64,000 bases of DNA from Eledone cirrhosa. Taxonomy: Eukaryota. Below the pieces are notes generated by a model. It worked only from the letters and a program-made list of their open reading frames with translations, searched no databases and had not been told where the DNA came from. This document shows positions 53,540 to 64,000 of the stretch, one piece after another (positions within the stretch are counted from its first letter, which is position 1; every line of letters begins with the position of its first letter). The stretch covers positions 86,118,001 to 86,182,000 of the forward strand of contig OZ024745.1 of NCBI GenBank assembly GCA_964016885.1, written 5' to 3'. A program made the position numbers and the translations under genes.

Positions 53540-53820
53540 CAACACAGCAACAACTACAACAACAACAGCAGCAACACCAACAACAACAGCAACAACACCA
53601 TCGTCTGTGTTGAATGTGTGTGTATGTATTTGTATATATGCGACAGCAATAACAGCATCAACACCATTGTCTGCAGCAACAGCAGCAGTGAAATGAAGGA
53701 CAACAACAACAGTAACAACTACAGCACCAACAACTGTCACCACCATCACTGACCATCCACCACCACCACGCTGATACCATCCACCACCACCACACTGACA
53801 CCATCCACCACCGCCATTAC
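53540..53820. repeat. (CAA)/(CAG)/(CAC) low-complexity repeats
   Basis: Trinucleotide-rich tract. Confidence 0.8.
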
Positions 53821-54080
53821 CAGCGTAAACAAACAATTATTATTGTTATTGTTATTATATACAAGCCGAACTGGACTGGGAAAGGTCAACAGTTGACATG
53901 ATAGTGATTTTGACGATTTTGACTTTGATTTTGATTTTGTATCAGAACTGTCGGTAATATATGTATATATATATATATGTGTTTGTGAGTTGTGTGTGTG
54001 ATTGTATGCATGAATGAGTGTTGGTATGTGTGGTTGTGGTTTGTATGCATGAGTATTAGTGTGTGAGTCGTGTCAATAAG

Positions 54081-54106
<26 letters not shown>

Positions 54107-54111
<5 letters not shown>

Positions 54112-57100
54112 GACCATGCTGTAAAATGGAGGGGTAGAGAGGGCCCTTGAGTCTAGTAAGACATCCTCTCTAGTGCTGGTGGCACAAATAAAAGCACCCA
54201 GTCCATGCTGTAAAGTGGCGCTGGTGTTAGGAAGGGCATCCAACCAGTGTATCAATGCCAAAAAGCTTATCAGCACAGCAACAAAACAGCATAGAAAAAA
54301 ATATGAAGACGTCGCATCTCAGAGTTGCAACACTTAATGTTGGCACTCTCAGAGGTAGATCTGCTGAAATAGCGGAGATGCTGGAGAGAAGGCAGGTGGA
54401 TGTGTGCTGCGTGCAAGAGGTGAGATGGAGAGGTGCCTCTGCGAGACTAGTCGTAGGCAAGCGTCTTAGCTATAAGCTATTCTGGGTAGGTAAGGATGAT
54501 GGGTTAGGGGGAGTAGGCATTTTCCTGGCTGAGAAATGGATCAATAAGACAATAGAGGTAGTTCGAGTTAGTAATCGAATAATTAAGCTTAGATTAGTTG
54601 TAGGTAGGAGACTACTGACAATCATCTCGGTCTATGCTCCCCAAGCAGGCCTAGGCAAAGATGAGAAAGACTGCTTTTATGAGCAACTTTTGCAAACAAC
54701 CACAATGACAGAGGACGGAGACATCGTTATGCTAGCAGGAGACTTCAATGGTCATGTTGGACAGCTCCAGGATGGTTACACTGGGGTACATGGTGGGCAT
54801 GGTTACGGTTCAAGAAATGAAGAAGGAGTGAGACTTCTTGAATTTTGTGATGCAAGTACATTGACTATTTGCAACACAAACTTCCAGAAACCTGCCAATC
54901 ACCTAATAACCTACAAATCTGGTGAGCACATAAGCCAGATTGACTTCCTGCTAGTTAGGCAGCGGGACAGGCAGATAGTGTTTAATACCAAGGCATACCC
55001 TGGGGAAGAATGTACCCCACAGCATAGGTTAGTTGTTAGTGATATCTCAGTAAGCAAGAGATGGAATGAGCCATATAGGAAGGTGTGGAGAAGAAAGGTC
55101 TGGAAGCTAAAAGACCTTTCACTAAAATTCAAATTTAGGAAAGCCCTTCAAGATGTATATGACGAAAAAGAAGACGATTTAGAGACGTATGACATAGATA
55201 ATAACTGGAAGTTCTTACGTGACAACTTGCTGAAGGCTACTGATGAAACTTGTGGCTGGAGCAGAGCCCCAACCAGACAGAGAGTGACCTGGTGGTGGAA
55301 CAGCAGTGTAGATAAGGCTATTAGAGACAAAAGACTAGCATGGAAGGCTTGGAATAAGGGTGGGAGTAGGGAAGAATATACAGCCACTAAGAGAGAAGCT
55401 AGACGTCAGGTGTACTTAGCACGCAGGGAGGCAGAGAGTAGGAGGTTTGCCAATGTTCTGCGACGGGAAGATCAGAGGCGTGCGGTGTTCCACATTGCAA
55501 GGCAGTGTGTCAATGCAAATCAGGATGTTGTTGGTGATAAATGTGTCCGGGATGATGCCGGTGTACTTAGTGTCACGAATGACCAGAAAAAGGAGGCCTG
55601 GAAATGCCATTATGAGAGACTGATGAATGTGGAGAACGAATGGGAGAGAGAGAAATTACCCTTGGTAGATCCGACAGAGGGACCAGCTATTGAGATTGAC
55701 GAATATAGGGTCCAAGAGGCGATTAGGGAAATGAAAAATGGTAAGGCGGCCGGACCATCGGGAATAGTTGCTGAGATGCTGAAGGCATCAGGGGACGTAG
55801 GCACTAAACTGGTTGCACGCATAATCAATCAGGCTATATATGGTGGTGTCATACCCAAAGACTGGTGCAGCAGTATTCTCTTAAATTGCTACAAAGGTAA
55901 AGGGGATGCTTTGGAGAGGAGCAATTATAGGGGTATAAAACTGATAGATCAGGTTATGAAAGTGGCAGAAAGGATTTTAGCACAACTAATTAGAGAAAGG
56001 GTCAAACTAGATGAGATGCAGTTTGGTTTTGTGCCTGGGAAGAGTACAACAGATGCCCTCTTCTTGGTGAGACAAATGCAAGAGAGGTTCTTAGAGAAGA
56101 ATAAGCCACTATACTTGGCCTTTGTTGACCTAGAGAAGGCCTTTGATAGGGTACCCCGATCTGTCATCTGGTGGTCCCTAAGGAAGCTGGGTGTTGAGGA
56201 ATGGCTTGTAAGGACAGTGCAAACTTTGTACAGAGGTACTCTCAGTAAAGTCAGGGTAGGAATGGAGTTTAGTGAGGAATTCCAGATACAAGTAGGAGTA
56301 CATCAGGGTTCGGTCCTCAGCCCGCTCTTGTTCATTATAGTCCTCCAAGCCATAACAGAGGAGTTTAAGACTGGCTGTCCATGGGAACTTCTCTATGCTG
56401 ACGATCTGGCTCTTATGGCAGAATCAGTAGAGGAGCTAGAGAATAAATTCCGGCTATGGAAACAGCAGTTGGAAGCAAGAGGACTGAGAGTAAATCTAGC
56501 TAAGACAAAAGTGTTGATGAGTAGAAAAGAGGACAAAACCCTGATTCCGTCAGGGAAATGGCCATGTTCGATATGCAGAAAAGGAACTGGCATAAATTCT
56601 ATAAAATGCACACAATGTAGGTCCTGGGTACACAAGAGATGTAGCGGGATAGCAGGCAAACTAACAGGTAGGGAGAAATATGTATGCAGTAGATGTACAG
56701 GGAAATTAGACAGTAGAAGTCGCACTGATAGACACATTTTTCAAATGCGAGAGGGCGCTATAGAAGTGGTGGATAGCTTCCGGTACCTAGGAGATCAGAT
56801 TAGCATGGGAGGAGGGTGTTCCGAGGCCATAGTATCTAGAATAAGGACGGGTTGGAAGAAGTTTAGGGAGCTGCTTCCTCTGTTGACGAAGAAGGGTTTC
56901 TCCCTGCGTACGAAAGGCCGGTTGTATGATGCCTGTGTGAGGAGCGCGATGCTGCATGGTAGTGAGACATGGGCAGCTACCGCAGAAGATATGCGACGGC
57001 TGGAGAGAAATGAGGCAAGCATGCTCCGTTGGATGTGCAGTGTAAATGTGCGTGAACGACCCAGCATAAATGTGTTGAGAGAGAAACTGTGTCTGAGAGG

Positions 57101-57395
57101 GATAGAATGTAGTGTACGGGAGAGGAGACTGAGGTGGTATGGACATGTGATGCGCATGGAGGATGACCGATGGGTGAAGAAGTGCCAGGAAATGCCAGTT
57201 GAAGGAAGACGTAGTAGAGGTAGACCACGAAAAACATGGGCGGAGGTGGTGAGAACAGACCTCAGATCATTGAAGCTCACGGTGGAGATGACGAGGGACC
57301 GTGACGAGTGGAGAGATGCTGTGCTGAATAAGACCCGTCCCACCCTTGCAAGCAGGGAAAAGCGGACGTAAAATGATGATGATGATGATGATGAT
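54107..57395 (+). mobile_element. RTE-clade LINE, apparently intact
   Basis: Short 5' UTR with the ggtgttaggaagggcatcc motif, one uninterrupted ORF, and a stop followed directly by an (ATG)n tail. The 5' boundary is approximate. Confidence 0.95.
54255..57371 (+). CDS. RTE LINE ORF: AP endonuclease + reverse transcriptase with PHD-like finger, 1038 aa
   Basis: [34 protein letters not shown]; [28 protein letters not shown]; [16 protein letters not shown]. Confidence 0.96.
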   Translation: MPKSLSAQQQNSIEKNMKTSHLRVATLNVGTLRGRSAEIAEMLERRQVDVCCVQEVRWRGASARLVVGKRLSYKLFWVGKDDGLGGVGIFLAEKWINKTIEVVRVSNRIIKLRLVVGRRLLTIISVYAPQAGLGKDEKDCFYEQLLQTTTMTEDGDIVMLAGDFNGHVGQLQDGYTGVHGGHGYGSRNEEGVRLLEFCDASTLTICNTNFQKPANHLITYKSGEHISQIDFLLVRQRDRQIVFNTKAYPGEECTPQHRLVVSDISVSKRWNEPYRKVWRRKVWKLKDLSLKFKFRKALQDVYDEKEDDLETYDIDNNWKFLRDNLLKATDETCGWSRAPTRQRVTWWWNSSVDKAIRDKRLAWKAWNKGGSREEYTATKREARRQVYLARREAESRRFANVLRREDQRRAVFHIARQCVNANQDVVGDKCVRDDAGVLSVTNDQKKEAWKCHYERLMNVENEWEREKLPLVDPTEGPAIEIDEYRVQEAIREMKNGKAAGPSGIVAEMLKASGDVGTKLVARIINQAIYGGVIPKDWCSSILLNCYKGKGDALERSNYRGIKLIDQVMKVAERILAQLIRERVKLDEMQFGFVPGKSTTDALFLVRQMQERFLEKNKPLYLAFVDLEKAFDRVPRSVIWWSLRKLGVEEWLVRTVQTLYRGTLSKVRVGMEFSEEFQIQVGVHQGSVLSPLLFIIVLQAITEEFKTGCPWELLYADDLALMAESVEELENKFRLWKQQLEARGLRVNLAKTKVLMSRKEDKTLIPSGKWPCSICRKGTGINSIKCTQCRSWVHKRCSGIAGKLTGREKYVCSRCTGKLDSRSRTDRHIFQMREGAIEVVDSFRYLGDQISMGGGCSEAIVSRIRTGWKKFRELLPLLTKKGFSLRTKGRLYDACVRSAMLHGSETWAATAEDMRRLERNEASMLRWMCSVNVRERPSINVLREKLCLRGIECSVRERRLRWYGHVMRMEDDRWVKKCQEMPVEGRRSRGRPRKTWAEVVRTDLRSLKLTVEMTRDRDEWRDAVLNKTRPTLASREKRT

Positions 57396-63135
<5,740 letters not shown>

Positions 63136-63424
63136 TGTAGGAGGTGAGTTTTATTGTAGTATAATAAAGCAAGGCAGATATCGGATAAGAAGCACTCTAC
63201 AGTTTGTAGGACTGGAGTATACATAATATATAAGATCAAAAGATGGTTAAAGGAGTTCCATGTATTTTATTATGCGCATTTCAAAAACAAACATCATCAT
63301 GCAATAATATTTGTGTTTTCATCACATAAAACAGGAGAACATGATATGAAGGCTAAAAAACACTTGTGGATAGTGCAGTTTTAAATCAACATATGAAAAG
63401 TAGTTTTAGATTGATGTGATATTG

Positions 63425-63848
63425 GGAAAAATATTTTATTTAGAGAGGAGGGGTGGTGGAAAGGATGAAAAAAGGGGAGGAGATGAGAGTGAAGGTGGAG
63501 AGGGAGAGATGCGTGATAGAGAGAAAGAGATAGTTTTTATAACTGAGAGAAGATATATTGTTTTACATAGAGAGGTTGAAAACCGTTGGAAGATAATGTA
63601 TAAATTAAAAGAATTTGAAAATTAACTATGGGAAAAATACGTACGAGGAAAAAATATTTTATTTAGAGAGGAGGGGGGTGGAAAGGATGAAAAAGGGGGA
63701 GGAGATGAGAGAGAAGGTGGAGAGGGAGAGATGGGTGATGGAGAGAAAGAGATAGTTTTTATAACTGAGAAAAGATATATTGTTTTACATAGAGAGGTTG
63801 AGAACCGTTGGAAGATAATGTATAAATTAAAAGAATTTGAAAATTAAC
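63425..63848. repeat. ~222-bp GA-rich tandem duplication
   Basis: Two copies of aaaaatattttatttagagaggag...gaatttgaaaattaac. Confidence 0.9.
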
Positions 63849-64000
63849 GAATGGAAAGTGAGGGAGTTGATATGTATTGAGATTAAAAAGTTTGAAGATA
63901 GAGAGAAAAAATAATAATGGCGGATGAATATTCTAACGTCAAAAAGGTGTATGTTTATAAGTATTATGGCAATTTCAAAATTAACGAAGAGAAAAAATTA

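Noticed and set aside
53414-53836. Poly-N/T/V/G protein ORFs
   Set aside because: Translations of trinucleotide low-complexity repeats with no splice or homology support.

Overview
AT-rich animal genomic DNA. The SINE/LINE repertoire and huge (TA/TG)n tracts suggest a coleoid cephalopod, probably an octopod (inference). The window lies within or at the 5' part of a + strand ferlin gene (dysferlin/myoferlin-like). Small exons at 11482-11724, 23991-24185, 25845-25895, 28901-29047, a candidate 15-nt microexon at 30420-30434, and 37102-37145 splice in frame to give the C2B domain and the start of FerI. No further exon was found up to 64000. The introns are packed with mobile DNA: a decayed Ty3/Gypsy 5' end (LTR, tRNA-Trp PBS, gag, slippery site, protease), about 20 copies of one tRNA-SINE, a second SINE family, CRE-like, CR1/L2-like and RTE 3' fragments, and several MITEs. 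From 39.5 kb onward there are two near full-length RTE LINEs in divergent orientation: one intact 1038-aa ORF and one with a single stop, both with a PHD-like finger inside the RT region. They are embedded in about 15 kb of compound TA/TG microsatellite that hides a ~5-kb direct duplication. Most long ORFs in the track are microsatellite artefacts. The most interesting items are the RTE LINE, bipartite element and SINE system with modules swapped between 5' and 3' UTRs, the cryptic microsatellite duplication, the ferlin microexon and alternative exon, and several intronic hairpins.
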